Of a stretch of DNA of 64,000 bases, positions 12,001 to 17,550 are shown one piece after another; within the stretch, counting starts at the first letter, position 1, and each line of letters opens with the position of its first letter. The stretch is from the IMG/VR virus record IMGVR_UViG_3300029875_000005, positions 1 through 64,000 of that record; one strand, given 5' to 3'. The DNA comes from a virus. A program made the position numbers and the translations under genes. The notes below the pieces were generated by a model. The model worked only from the letters and a program-made list of their open reading frames with translations. It ran no database searches and was not told the DNA's origin.

Positions 12001-13556
12001 AGAGATATTTCAAGGAGTTCATGGAGAACGGCGGCGAAACTGGTTGGGTTCAGATTAAAAACATGCAGGACTGGACCAAGGAGTACAAGAAGGATGTGAA
12101 GAGTGAAAGAAGCAAGATTGACAAGGGCGGTGCTGCCCTTCGTGACTTCTTCTTCGGAAATCTGGCGAACATCAACGAGGTGGCTGAGAATATCGCCAGA
12201 TTCGCTACCTACTGTGCGAGCCGAGACAGTAACCGCTCTATCATCCGTTCGGTCTATGATGCGAAGGAGGTATCTACCAACTTCAACCGCCATGGTAGCG
12301 GTGATGCCATCAAGAGTTTCAAGAACGGAGAAATGACTGGCGGCAAGGCGGCTGCAAGATGGGCTTACGGATTTACGGCTAGCTATCTCAGACATTGTTC
12401 TATGTTCTTCAATGCCGGTATTCAGAGTACAAATCTTCTTGTGAAGAACTTGAAAAATCATCCTGTGGGTACTTCTATCAATATGCTTGCTATTCCTTTT
12501 GCCCTCGGTGCGCTAGCTGCACTTGGTAACAACGTGCTGATTGCTAGCGAGGACGAGAAGGACAGAAAGGGAGTGAAGGACCCATACGGCGAGTTGCCTG
12601 ACTACGTGAGAAGAAACAATCTCTGCATCTACAAGGGTAGCGGTCAGTTTGTTACTATTCCGCTTGCCATCGAGTTGAGAGCCTTCTATGGTTTGGGTGA
12701 CTTGGCGGCTGGATTGACCTTCTCGCCAAACGTAAGCGGGCAGAAGAATCCTGCCTTGGATGCCGTGGGCTGTATGTCGCAGCTTGTGCCGGTGATGGAC
12801 TATCTCGGCAACTCTTCGGCTGGCAAGGAGCCATTGAACGAGACGATCAAGGCTATCTCTCCTTCAGCCCTATCTCCTTTCGTGGAATGGGAGCTAAATA
12901 CCGACTGGAAGGGTGCGCCGATTGAAAGACGTGGTGACTGGAATGAAAATTCCCCTGCTTGGCAGAGAGCCTACAAGGGTGTGCCTGACGGATATATGGC
13001 TGTGAATAAATGGGTGAATGCACAGACCAACGATGTAGCCAAGGGTAATGAGGATATGCTGGGTAACAGTTTCCTGGATATGGTGACGAACCCTAGTATG
13101 CTAAATCATTACATCGGTGGTATAGGTGGTGGCGCTGCTACCTTTACCGAGCGAGCTATCGGTGTTATCAAGCACGGAAGCGACACGGAAACCAAGGATA
13201 TTCCTTTCCTTCGCTCTCTTCTTTATACTCCTAGTGAGCAGAACAGCTTGCAGAGAACCAAGAGTAAGTGGTATAACTACAAAGACGAAATGGAGAAGAC
13301 CATGGCCAACGTGGACCGCCTGAAATCGAAGAACGTTCCGATTGACAAGAGAATCACAAATATCGGTGAGTATTTCCACTTCCAAAACTCCAAGGAGGCT
13401 GCCAAGGTTAGAATCATCGAGCTGGCAGAGAAGCAGATGAAGCGATGGAAGAAACTCAGAGATAAATCTTCAGATACCGAGAGCATCAACTTCGCTAATC
13501 AGAATATTGACAGAATCATGATGGATGCGGTTGATGAACTGGATAGATTGGAATAA
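6..13556 (+). CDS. giant multidomain polyvalent protein, >=4516 aa, 5' end open at window edge
   Basis: One uninterrupted ORF. The frame is already open at nt 3, so the true start may lie upstream. Domain motifs are listed as separate features. Two low-complexity linkers at about 1420-1560 and 3520-3945. Confidence 0.9.
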   Translation: MKDAEKMKVDYTAEPNDIMEQEALKTKTVEAAKQQLEHAQNIKKTMTAKKVAETVGKTEQTEGAHEAGSVAAQKFVNAPRLVGNKRTRMLPDGETKIKGHYEIVPAESLTPSHDVNNDYKKSEGFPTDAEGRTVNDRDYEHDKAAQQNTDQIARKYNGMAIEQVPVVSDEGIVYDGNGRTMAGQKAAKEGTDAEYINDLLENAENFGFTKEQIEQSGIEHPRLVLVTDERLPYDAATFAKFNRNEKKTQSNTEQAVAKAKTLTSDEVGAIVAEIEGNGSLDAFFNNSKAINDLVKTLVDKGIIGQNEVAQMMDSSERLSAQGREYVKNLLLGSIFKPETIRMLGIDSTVKNKAINAIRSVMDNMKLGEFSLRDEIDQAIQLLYEARQGGNKVDTLLRTPDMFGEDAAKRYSSISQMMALALEGKVSDFRDLLDEYNRIAKARNTGEGNMFEEAPTKEELINEYLNFKKWQDYGTGHSEIEGGNDVSGNEEPQQEASGGNEPAEAGTEPERPRVEEPDDLVNKELESRIKVTDEETETPSKNGPITRQKILIDGDKEVIKVDEPNDKGEYTGSYYEYDGKKFGDLNEVTEYIDSKKEEGPLPLLPKEEKPDPTFDPIAAAAQEFKKEHPLTEEEIMKADVDDLSKDMALDYLNGEVTDDLHRAIYESIFAKTRGQKTEPKVETPKTEPSADPMEGIKNAAEGFEKEKKSKTKKKPQQKADDAAVAASNKKVNDLWDMLKNAGKDEMSASFIGLNSRQLEVLPKLVSAMAENAYLRIKRGMHNLEDVVKEMRKEFAPAAKLFKKEDVDAIYEQMMNIRYRDGEQRMSLKEWADYYEKTSPKHQENLVGDSKTAEDRKLAEKKFIDTVNLQLAFKHKFSGIVELRKMAERLGLKDIKDTDLQELAETAIVKRARGIASSESTNDAVKFERIKALYENQPSLNQRDSERVMKQQYSTPAPYAFLADMYVKGNGKVIESALEPSAGNGMLTIGLPMDKVHVNDIDAQRLANLRRQGFKNVTSQDGTQPFADKDVDVVVTNPPFGSATPKEYDGYKISSLEGQMAINALESMKDDGRAAIIIGGKTEYAKNGSLNPKDKAFLGYLYSHYNVEDVINVDGGLYAKQGTSYPTRIILINGRRLNENAFPPVKDKARAEAVKDYDELYKRIEDDILRGERMDSSIGGETRSTQPELDQQGATGTPKERVRTGERGGSKPDGKRESDLFDSTSVSGTHDDLENQRGTEPRQDGGLSDGDTGTDRTGAEPSPSKEPTTGTNEQRGNGSGGAGRNDAQPSTDEPANAGSGSGPRGQLQRVDKSVRGLSTEKVIYTPKSGNPFTLKAVMPADQQEAVNKNLEKLGDADQFLVDELGYNDKDDLYSHLAAEQVDSVALALQQAKKGNAFIIGDMTGIGKGRQAASLIRYAKKQGQVPVYFTKTAGLLSDVYRDLVDIGSPDLRPFVFGSAKEAAITDSDGNVVFALPSKSEVKRVLDYIEKNGKLPDEYDYVLTTYSQVSNGVYEFDENGARKEKKLAKGKTFGAAALSGQRRRDAIEKLMGNAYLILDESHTAGGNSGQGNYFQHIIQKAKNVTFFSATFAKRPDNMPIYALRTAMNEGGMKSSDLIDAVKRGGATLQEIMSQTLTQCGQMIRRERDMTGVTIDWKAIDDPERVQEQREQYDSIIGLFNDIINFQKKYVSSYVDERNDELAAIQSTMGIKKGTAALGIKNQPFASKAFNTVQQVLLSLKAKSAAERAIDYLKQGMKPVIALNNTNESQTGNLALGEEMDAPDLGTSLKKGLEGTLRYTQKDAKDNSESGYIKLSDLGDEAVEAYHELEKKIEQTSTGLSLSPIDVIKNELQKAGYKVGELTGRQTEFVYNDNGTVTKVKRADTDKKKLARDFNDGKIDALILNKSAATGISLHASSKYKDQKKRVMIVAQQQLDVNDEVQMRGRIDRTGQVARGAYEYVVSLIPAEQRLLMMFKAKLKSLDANTTSSQKSKFNEMEVADITNKYGDKVVREYMAEHLDLYARMADPFGWEKSNGDDLSRIDPQTLVASGGGVGDGEAGADASKLLGRMALLRVSEQEKMLQEIGELYANEIQRLNEMGENDLEITELPLKAKTLHKEVWKQGAEPGGDNAFADNTYIEKVNMAILKKPMKASEVKASQDGLTGGKTWDEYKTDKKAAVKEYFDQKIADETQKYEERAVKAATKAKEKYIKDGKKGQKDSGMSDEQIEKMAGYQYDNIYKQEKDKLNDVMKNLKAKAEMFERVLDTFDTNQTFALPTDMNNPNELSGFGNSYGRLIDIKITDNYSPNASSVSFATLDGRRKITFPIAGKVGSGENKVDIIGSIDRMTKQAAGMGDSHLRVLNQNFDNWDRLTSNESRKTGYIVTGNLMQALVDSKDQGLGGQLVKYTTDTGEVKTGILMPDRFDPKGLTTDAPINSVTDKFELSSWHGGIDEVTSSDGEVKVKRIDNNRGNFYELRVPKSKAKGGKYFMDEDLLKLVNGNNFETRGNNMLAEFKPEQLKPVLDRLSKMGVKVQEERKTSEDEGTHFREDRGLQYSKTDTKDVKNSRIIPEDVDKNVSSQIEKKFDDRVDELTKDLSNEDKAEFNRHLDYYTSEFSRYKASEITYTLNGLEDEVRFWGRTFGNREKAGRTHLVQLKRAELEAAKTAARRELDYREVRAKALADGYGLRRGAKASFADISRLFEATNQAKEEGTRRLFEKARDIAKRLGVEFGGMDEGDERGNVGEATPERNINLFIDTLSRTYTNPKEAAHTILHELIHQATMGAIHLVKDGKAEGMLTPKQIEAVKTVIDIYNKAKADGRIVWEEGKRRNYGGKDEYEFAAEMAGGKQRKILDLSLGERIMNAVNELRNRGDNSLWQAVKNAWHKLFEISDKSKMDKALNDIMDDFNEKIDDIAMNDIEENGYAYRVTDKDELDRLNKEKTFRMYSGMQEVDGKLYSPMAAIIDGKRTDATEIGAWMGADERPDLVKNGKFTLVKTDKNKGVGEGDVPAAYNPYMHTSTSMMNDQFTGAYARGNIKVIEWEIPESEKTSGYHAEGAKDAVGLVPWHSGSVNSLLPKDRQRQVMLSRWRKAVRVVPDSEVAESIAEQLKGTGLAIPWNVVTPNQVRELAKLGVPITTVESGRQAPETKEKFLQQMADLEQEFPQAKFVNVKMTKDAYKEWGKDGGTKFRTDHGDGNYPTSSVESHIEKVVQKTGAKVKMVSSVDEITNKAAKTAIEDGRKITGWYDEKTGEVHLYMPNIHDRYTAEKTIWHEVVGHKGMRELFGDERFDKFLREVWYDLDKPENAALKKLVDEERKFNPLNIYDAIEEGIARLAEDGKGEPGFWNGIKNKVSDFLHEIGYRIAPNTKDVKYLLWLSKNLQKNQNDPYWKMRAEAVKYRLDHERMPAVVAHDGMFYGNDGKVRSMDNLTKAEWNEVTDGEIHFRTTPSAGTALDRYHRSLDEHGYMFTESYMDNMLSLKKLMNAIVPDKKIEDIASSENPYILQNTMQGAMSDAAQMFERNVMKPLDKAMAGMLDAFDGKKDDEKIRNFNLYMITKHGLERNRILYVRDALKYMRMNEKTKKLADTVEFDWNNEKATLDEKLERGDIDLKTYYERMDDFIRTYVDSDNKFDAGEHDYSGIHAIQEVAKSSDPYDDAEAIQSVMDSEAKMESIKKGSVKDYWDKVKAATQYSIDTDYKNGLISRELYGHVSDMFNWYVPLRKYDEATAEDTYGYITEQGDPKSYIGSTIMRARGHKYLSETNVLAQIGAMGNRAIKNGGMNAIRQAFARFVRNNSNNNLVTETRVWYADDPITHTTVERYPDIPEDATADEINQIVADFNMEMKDLESKGLATKVYRRGRIGYKFQRAENKSQHIVDVKIAGRTHTFIINGNPRAAQALNGLLENSGAKGIMKPLSSISRMMAQLCTSYNPEFVMRNIMRDAEFASSNVTSKEGARYGSLWAKYYAQLGLYKGASNISFKDLSGTTGLGLFAKYRNGTLDTSDKVQRYFKEFMENGGETGWVQIKNMQDWTKEYKKDVKSERSKIDKGGAALRDFFFGNLANINEVAENIARFATYCASRDSNRSIIRSVYDAKEVSTNFNRHGSGDAIKSFKNGEMTGGKAAARWAYGFTASYLRHCSMFFNAGIQSTNLLVKNLKNHPVGTSINMLAIPFALGALAALGNNVLIASEDEKDRKGVKDPYGELPDYVRRNNLCIYKGSGQFVTIPLAIELRAFYGLGDLAAGLTFSPNVSGQKNPALDAVGCMSQLVPVMDYLGNSSAGKEPLNETIKAISPSALSPFVEWELNTDWKGAPIERRGDWNENSPAWQRAYKGVPDGYMAVNKWVNAQTNDVAKGNEDMLGNSFLDMVTNPSMLNHYIGGIGGGAATFTERAIGVIKHGSDTETKDIPFLRSLLYTPSEQNSLQRTKSKWYNYKDEMEKTMANVDRLKSKNVPIDKRITNIGEYFHFQNSKEAAKVRIIELAEKQMKRWKKLRDKSSDTESINFANQNIDRIMMDAVDELDRLE
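294..575 (+). other. ParB/sulfiredoxin-like nuclease domain within the polyvalent ORF
   Basis: HYEIVPAESLTPSHDVN ... VVSDEGIVYDGNGRTMAGQKA. The DGNGR segment (nt 528-542) matches the ParB-fold (D/E)GxxR motif. Confidence 0.6.
2851..3410 (+). other. N6-adenine DNA methyltransferase domain within the polyvalent ORF
   Basis: SAM-binding motif I LEPSAGNGML (about nt 2932-2958) and catalytic motif IV NPPFG (nt 3108-3122). Confidence 0.85.
4190..5850 (+). other. strawberry-notch-like SF2 helicase core within the polyvalent ORF
   Basis: Motif I GDMTGIGKGRQ (GIGKGR at nt 4209-4226), motif II DESH (4668-4679), motif III FFSATF, motif VI QMRGRIDRTGQ (5814-5846). The GxGKGR P-loop is typical of Sno/SBNO-type helicases. 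Confidence 0.8.
8313..8327 (+). other. zincin metallopeptidase motif HELIH (first)
   Basis: AHTILHELIHQATMGAIH, an HExxH signature in a hydrophobic helix context. Confidence 0.55.
9801..9818 (+). other. zincin metallopeptidase motif HEVVGH (second)
   Basis: EKTIWHEVVGHKGMRELFG, an HExxGH signature as in SprT/Wss1-like or polyvalent-protein-associated metallopeptidases. Confidence 0.55.
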
Positions 13557-13563
13557 ATAAAGA

Positions 13564-13590
13564 AAGGAGTGGGCGCAAGGCTCACTCCTT
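13564..13590. terminator. bidirectional hairpin between convergent genes
   Basis: 8-bp stem AAGGAGTG/CACTCCTT with an 11-nt loop, directly after the polyvalent stop. The 3' arm overlaps the last codons of the - strand lipoprotein gene. Confidence 0.5.
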
Positions 13591-14019
13591 ACTTGCTACT
13601 CCTAGATATGTTGCCTTGATGGGCTTTTCTCCATCATTAATGTAAACCTCTATATAGGTTCTATCATCTTCATCATCATTTTTGATGGTTAAGTAGGAAT
13701 TTTTATCCATCTTAGAACCATGCGAACCCCACAAATGAAGATAACCTTCATTGCCATCCTTATCAAATTCATACAGAATTGCTTCTGATCCTAAATCTTT
13801 AAGATAATTCTTCTTCCCTATTTCAACTCTTGCTGTTGTAACAGAAAATCTGTGATACTCTCCAGAATAAAGTATCATCACATAATGATTGATGTATGCA
13901 CTATCTATCTGATATACTTTCCCATCATAGAGGAACTGGTTACTTACAGACGATTCATCGTTGCTGCTGCATGCACATAATGACAGGACTGCCATTAGGG
14001 TTATTAATAATTTCTTCAT
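13582..14019 (-). CDS. small lipoprotein (moron candidate)
   Basis: N-terminus MKKLLITLMAVLSLCACSS is a signal peptide with a lipobox Cys. It has its own TAnnTTTG promoter. Confidence 0.75.
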   Translation of the reverse strand: MKKLLITLMAVLSLCACSSNDESSVSNQFLYDGKVYQIDSAYINHYVMILYSGEYHRFSVTTARVEIGKKNYLKDLGSEAILYEFDKDGNEGYLHLWGSHGSKMDKNSYLTIKNDDEDDRTYIEVYINDGEKPIKATYLGVASKE

Positions 14020-14053
14020 GAATCATGTTTTATGCGTTTGTAATTTCTGGGTG

Positions 14054-14061
14054 CAAAGGTA
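14054..14061 (-). promoter_or_regulatory. Bacteroidota -7 box TACCTTTG
   Basis: Matches TAnnTTTG on the - strand, 35 nt upstream of the lipoprotein ATG at 14019. Confidence 0.55.
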
Positions 14062-14228
14062 GGGATTATTTTGATAGGTTGTATCGGGTTGAGGGTGGTT
14101 TTTGCGTAGTTTAGACTTTTGCTAAATAAATGAGCATAGAATGACTCAGCATAAAATGCTGAGGAACAGTGGCTTTGAGGGCGAAAATTTTATTTTGAGC
14201 ATAGTTAGGCAGAGCCTCATCTTCTTCG

Positions 14229-14236
14229 TAACTTTG
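14229..14236 (+). promoter_or_regulatory. Bacteroidota -7 box TAACTTTG
   Basis: Matches TAnnTTTG, 43 nt upstream of the ATG at 14279. Confidence 0.55.
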
Positions 14237-14278
14237 CACCAAGTTCAATAGTGAACGAAACGAATAATCTATTTTATT

Positions 14279-15226
14279 ATGTCAGAATCTAAGACATACA
14301 TCTTTGGTGAAAACCAAAACGGAGGTTCAAACGGAATGCTTGGACTTCTTGCTCCTCTGCTCCAGAAGCAGGGTGTAGATCCAAATGTGCTTCTCGCTAT
14401 GAAGGGCAACAATGGCTTCGGCGGTGAAGGTGGTTGGTTCATGTGGGTTATCTTCCTCTTCTTCCTTATGGGTTGGGGCGGTAATGGCTGGGGTGGCTTC
14501 GGCAATAACGGTCGTGGCGGTCTTGCTAACGAGATTAACAACGACAATGGTCGTGCCCTTTTGATGGATGCCATCGGTGGTAATCGTAATGCGCTCAGCA
14601 ATTTGGCTACTCAGCTCAATTGTACCGAAGGTCAGATTCAGAATGCCATTTCTGCTTTGACTTCTCAGGTTCAGAGTGTAGGTAATCAGGTAGGTATGAG
14701 TGGCATGCAGACCATCAATGCTTTGCAGCAGGGTAACATGCAGATTGCTCAGCAGATTGCAAACTGCTGCTGCGAGAACCGCTTGGCTATCTGTCAGCAG
14801 ACTGGTACCTTACAGAATGCCATCAACAATGTAGCTAATGGTCAGGAGCGTGGCTTCTCTAACGTAGCTTACGAAACCCAGCGCCAGACTTGCGATTTGC
14901 ATAACGCCATCAAGGAAAGCACTCAGATCATCGTTGACGGTCAGAAGCAGGCTGAGATGCGCGAAATGCAGAACAAGATTGATTCTCTGCGTGAGGAGAA
15001 CAGTACCTTTAAGTCTTCTGCCATGACTTCTCAGATTGTTGGTCAGGCGGTAGCACCAATTAATGCGGTATTGGCAGGTCTGCAGAACGAGGTAGCTGGC
15101 ATCAAATGTAAGCTGCCGGAGACAGTAACTACTCCTTACAGCCCATTTACTGCGGTTCCTAACTGCGTGGCTTATCAGGCAGGTTTGTATGGACTGAATG
15201 CTGCCAACAATGGATTCTGGGGTTAA
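14279..15226 (+). CDS. Gly/Trp/Asn-rich membrane-anchored coiled-coil protein, function unknown
   Basis: GGWFMWVIFLFFLMGWGGNGWGGFGNNGRGG (one TM helix flanked by G/W/N repeats), then a Q/N-rich helical region containing a CCC triplet. Confidence 0.7.
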   Translation: MSESKTYIFGENQNGGSNGMLGLLAPLLQKQGVDPNVLLAMKGNNGFGGEGGWFMWVIFLFFLMGWGGNGWGGFGNNGRGGLANEINNDNGRALLMDAIGGNRNALSNLATQLNCTEGQIQNAISALTSQVQSVGNQVGMSGMQTINALQQGNMQIAQQIANCCCENRLAICQQTGTLQNAINNVANGQERGFSNVAYETQRQTCDLHNAIKESTQIIVDGQKQAEMREMQNKIDSLREENSTFKSSAMTSQIVGQAVAPINAVLAGLQNEVAGIKCKLPETVTTPYSPFTAVPNCVAYQAGLYGLNAANNGFWG

Positions 15227-15241
15227 AGAAAGGAGGCTGCT

Positions 15242-15586
15242 ATGTTATGGTTAAGACCTTATACATGGGTGAATCGTAACGGTTCGGCGGCTATCGCTTC
15301 TACTGGCGTGAAGGTGAATACTGCCGATGTGGTGTTCACCTTTAAAAACCACGCCTTCGTGAATGCCAGCTACAGAGGAACGATTTTCGTAAATCTGCGT
15401 CAGGCTATTCCGACTGGAACGACTGGTACGCTGCCTATCCTTTTCGAGACCAACGGCGCAACCCAAGCCGTAACCAAATTCAATGGTGAGGCATTAACGG
15501 TTGCAGACGTGCCGGGAACTGGAGTTGTTCAGCTCTGGTTTGAGAGAGATACTAACACCCTTCAGCTGATGACGGGTATTGTTTAA
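15242..15586 (+). CDS. hypothetical protein (beta-rich, virion module)
   Basis: 114-aa ORF preceded by AGGAGG-like sequence. Co-directional with its neighbours. Confidence 0.6.
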   Translation: MLWLRPYTWVNRNGSAAIASTGVKVNTADVVFTFKNHAFVNASYRGTIFVNLRQAIPTGTTGTLPILFETNGATQAVTKFNGEALTVADVPGTGVVQLWFERDTNTLQLMTGIV

Positions 15587-15616
15587 CAAACAGAATAGAT
15601 AATAGGAGATTACATT

Positions 15617-16117
15617 ATGTTTCAAGGTTTAAGAACAAATTCTTTATTCTATGTCCTAGATAAGGGCGAAAACCCGAACTTGCAGATTGGTCAGGTTGTT
15701 TCGGTAAGCAATCCTCAGACGAAATACCCTACCTTCAACAATGGCTTCACGCCTCAGCCTATGGAAACTGTGGTTGATGTGAAGGTGAAACTGAACGACG
15801 AGGAGGTGGATTTCAAGCAGCTACCTGCCAACGGACAGATAGCCAACGACAAGAATCTTGTGGTGAGCGACAACAAGGAAGCCATGAGTGCAGAGGTCGA
15901 TACGATGCTGAGACAATCCAAGGCGATACTGGAGAGCGTAGATTACCACAAGAAAGTCGTTGATTCTTGTGAGGGAATGCTATTGCAACTCAACCCCCAG
16001 ATTGCCAAGGAGAGGGAACAGACTGAGAAGATCAGCAAGCTGGAAGGCAAGGTTTCTGGCATGGAGGGCAAGCTCGACAAGATGATGGGATTGCTCCAAC
16101 AGGCGATAAACAAGTAA
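15617..16117 (+). CDS. hypothetical protein with C-terminal coiled coil
   Basis: 166-aa ORF. C-terminus EREQTEKISKLEGKVSGMEGKLDKMMGLL shows a heptad pattern. Confidence 0.6.
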   Translation: MFQGLRTNSLFYVLDKGENPNLQIGQVVSVSNPQTKYPTFNNGFTPQPMETVVDVKVKLNDEEVDFKQLPANGQIANDKNLVVSDNKEAMSAEVDTMLRQSKAILESVDYHKKVVDSCEGMLLQLNPQIAKEREQTEKISKLEGKVSGMEGKLDKMMGLLQQAINK

Positions 16118-16151
16118 TCTCCTATCTATTCACTTTAAAAATCTTAGAATT

Positions 16152-16427
16152 ATGATAATGGTTGAGATTACAGAAGACAAGTTTGATGGCTTGTATGAGA
16201 ACGTGGAGAAAGGCTTGCGCTGCTTGGATAAGGCTATGAACTGCCTGGGCGAAATGAAGCGTGAGGGCAGACGTGACCGGTACGGCGAGCGCAACCGCAT
16301 GCCCGATTACAGAGGTCGTGGAGGCAGAAGTGGTATGCGAGAGCATGAAGAGTACGACGACATGCGCCAACGTGAAGACAGAGACCGTGGAGAACGTGAT
16401 TATCGAAGCTACGGCGACGAGTATTAA
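16152..16427 (+). CDS. Arg/Asp/Glu-rich small protein
   Basis: 91 aa. The C-terminal half RDRYGERNRMPDYRGRGGRSGMREHEEYDDMRQREDRDRGERDYRSYGDEY is RGG/RD-repeat-like. Confidence 0.5.
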   Translation: MIMVEITEDKFDGLYENVEKGLRCLDKAMNCLGEMKREGRRDRYGERNRMPDYRGRGGRSGMREHEEYDDMRQREDRDRGERDYRSYGDEY

Positions 16428-16491
16428 CTAACTTGGGGTTTGGTAGTGAAACAGATTTCGTTACCAAGCCCTTTTTAATATCAGAAAGATT

Positions 16492-16905
16492 ATGGAAAGA
16501 AAATACAGACAATCTTTGAACGCCTACGATTATCAGCCGGAAGAAATGAGGGCTTACCTTCGCTACAATGGCTGGCACTTCAATAAGAAGATGTGTGAGT
16601 GGGCAGTAAAGCAGATGCGGAAGAACGGTAAGCCAATCCGCATGATGAGCAAGGATGATATTGAGGACATTCTGAAGAAGAATAATATCGTGCTGGAGAA
16701 TAATGTGGGCTACGATGCGGTTTACATCGCACACATGTGCTTAGCTGATTTCTACGGTTCGTCTATCACGGAAGAGAAGCAGATGGCTCAGTTCATCAAG
16801 GACTACGTGGATGATGAGGATCAGCAGGATGGATTCATCTTTAATAGGTTCTATGCAGATACATCATTTAATGGTGTGGGGATTCCTTGGGAAGAGATTT
16901 TGTAA
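16492..16905 (+). CDS. hypothetical phage protein
   Basis: 137-aa ORF with protein-like composition, 3 nt before the next gene. Confidence 0.6.
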   Translation: MERKYRQSLNAYDYQPEEMRAYLRYNGWHFNKKMCEWAVKQMRKNGKPIRMMSKDDIEDILKKNNIVLENNVGYDAVYIAHMCLADFYGSSITEEKQMAQFIKDYVDDEDQQDGFIFNRFYADTSFNGVGIPWEEIL

Positions 16906-16908
16906 AAT

Positions 16909-17289
16909 ATGACAGAGCAGGAGATTTACTTGGAAAGGTACGACTGGACGGTACATGTGATGTATGATGTTCACTCAAAGGATGCCATGAAGGTAAGAAG
17001 GTATCTTCGGGATTTGGGATGCAGCGGCATTCCTCTCGAAGATGCCTGTAATCTCGTGCTCAAAGGTGAAGCGAACAAAGGGATAACCTATTCTAATGTT
17101 GATATAAGAAAAACGGTGGTTGTGATTGGATGGGCTACTTCAAAGGCTGAATACATGAACAGCCTCAGCCACGAAATGCTGCATGTGGTTCAGCACATTT
17201 CCGAACAGTTCTTGATAAATATGTATGGTGAGGAGGCTTGCTACTTGCTTGGTGGATTGGTACAGGCTTGCTGCATAAGAAAAGGGTGA
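16909..17289 (+). CDS. hypothetical protein with HExxH motif
   Basis: 126 aa. SLSHEMLHVVQHISEQ contains HEMLH. Confidence 0.55.
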   Translation: MTEQEIYLERYDWTVHVMYDVHSKDAMKVRRYLRDLGCSGIPLEDACNLVLKGEANKGITYSNVDIRKTVVVIGWATSKAEYMNSLSHEMLHVVQHISEQFLINMYGEEACYLLGGLVQACCIRKG

Positions 17290-17307
17290 ATCTTTCGACT
17301 CACCCTT
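17282..17307. terminator. bidirectional intrinsic terminator
   Basis: 8-bp stem AAGGGTGA/TCACCCTT followed by CTTCTTTT, between convergent genes. Confidence 0.6.
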
Positions 17308-17318
17308 CTTCTTTTATC

Positions 17319-17510
17319 TTAATACTTTGGCTCATCATATACCAAATTATGCTCATCTACGTAAGCCTTGGCTTCTGAATATGTGTCAAACTCTACTGCG
17401 GTGGCACCTACTGCTGGGAATACCTCAGCATTGTCACCTTCCTCTGTGAGAGGGAACACCATCTTTGTCCCCTCATGTACTATCTTATACTTCTTTGTTA
17501 ACTTATTCAT
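17319..17510 (-). CDS. hypothetical small protein
   Basis: 63-aa ORF, last gene of the - strand tail operon. Confidence 0.45.
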   Translation of the reverse strand: MNKLTKKYKIVHEGTKMVFPLTEEGDNAEVFPAVGATAVEFDTYSEAKAYVDEHNLVYDEPKY

Positions 17511-17550
17511 ATCTTGTTTCCTTTCTTTTTGATGTTAAACTTATGATACC

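Noticed and set aside
15226-15244. Shine-Dalgarno-like AGGAGG/AAGGAG sequences before a few virion genes (15242, 15617, 28603), which seem at odds with a Bacteroidota host.
   Set aside because: There are only a handful of cases. Most starts have A/T-rich, SD-less leaders, and the TAnnTTTG promoter boxes are consistent throughout, so this is insufficient to question the host assignment.
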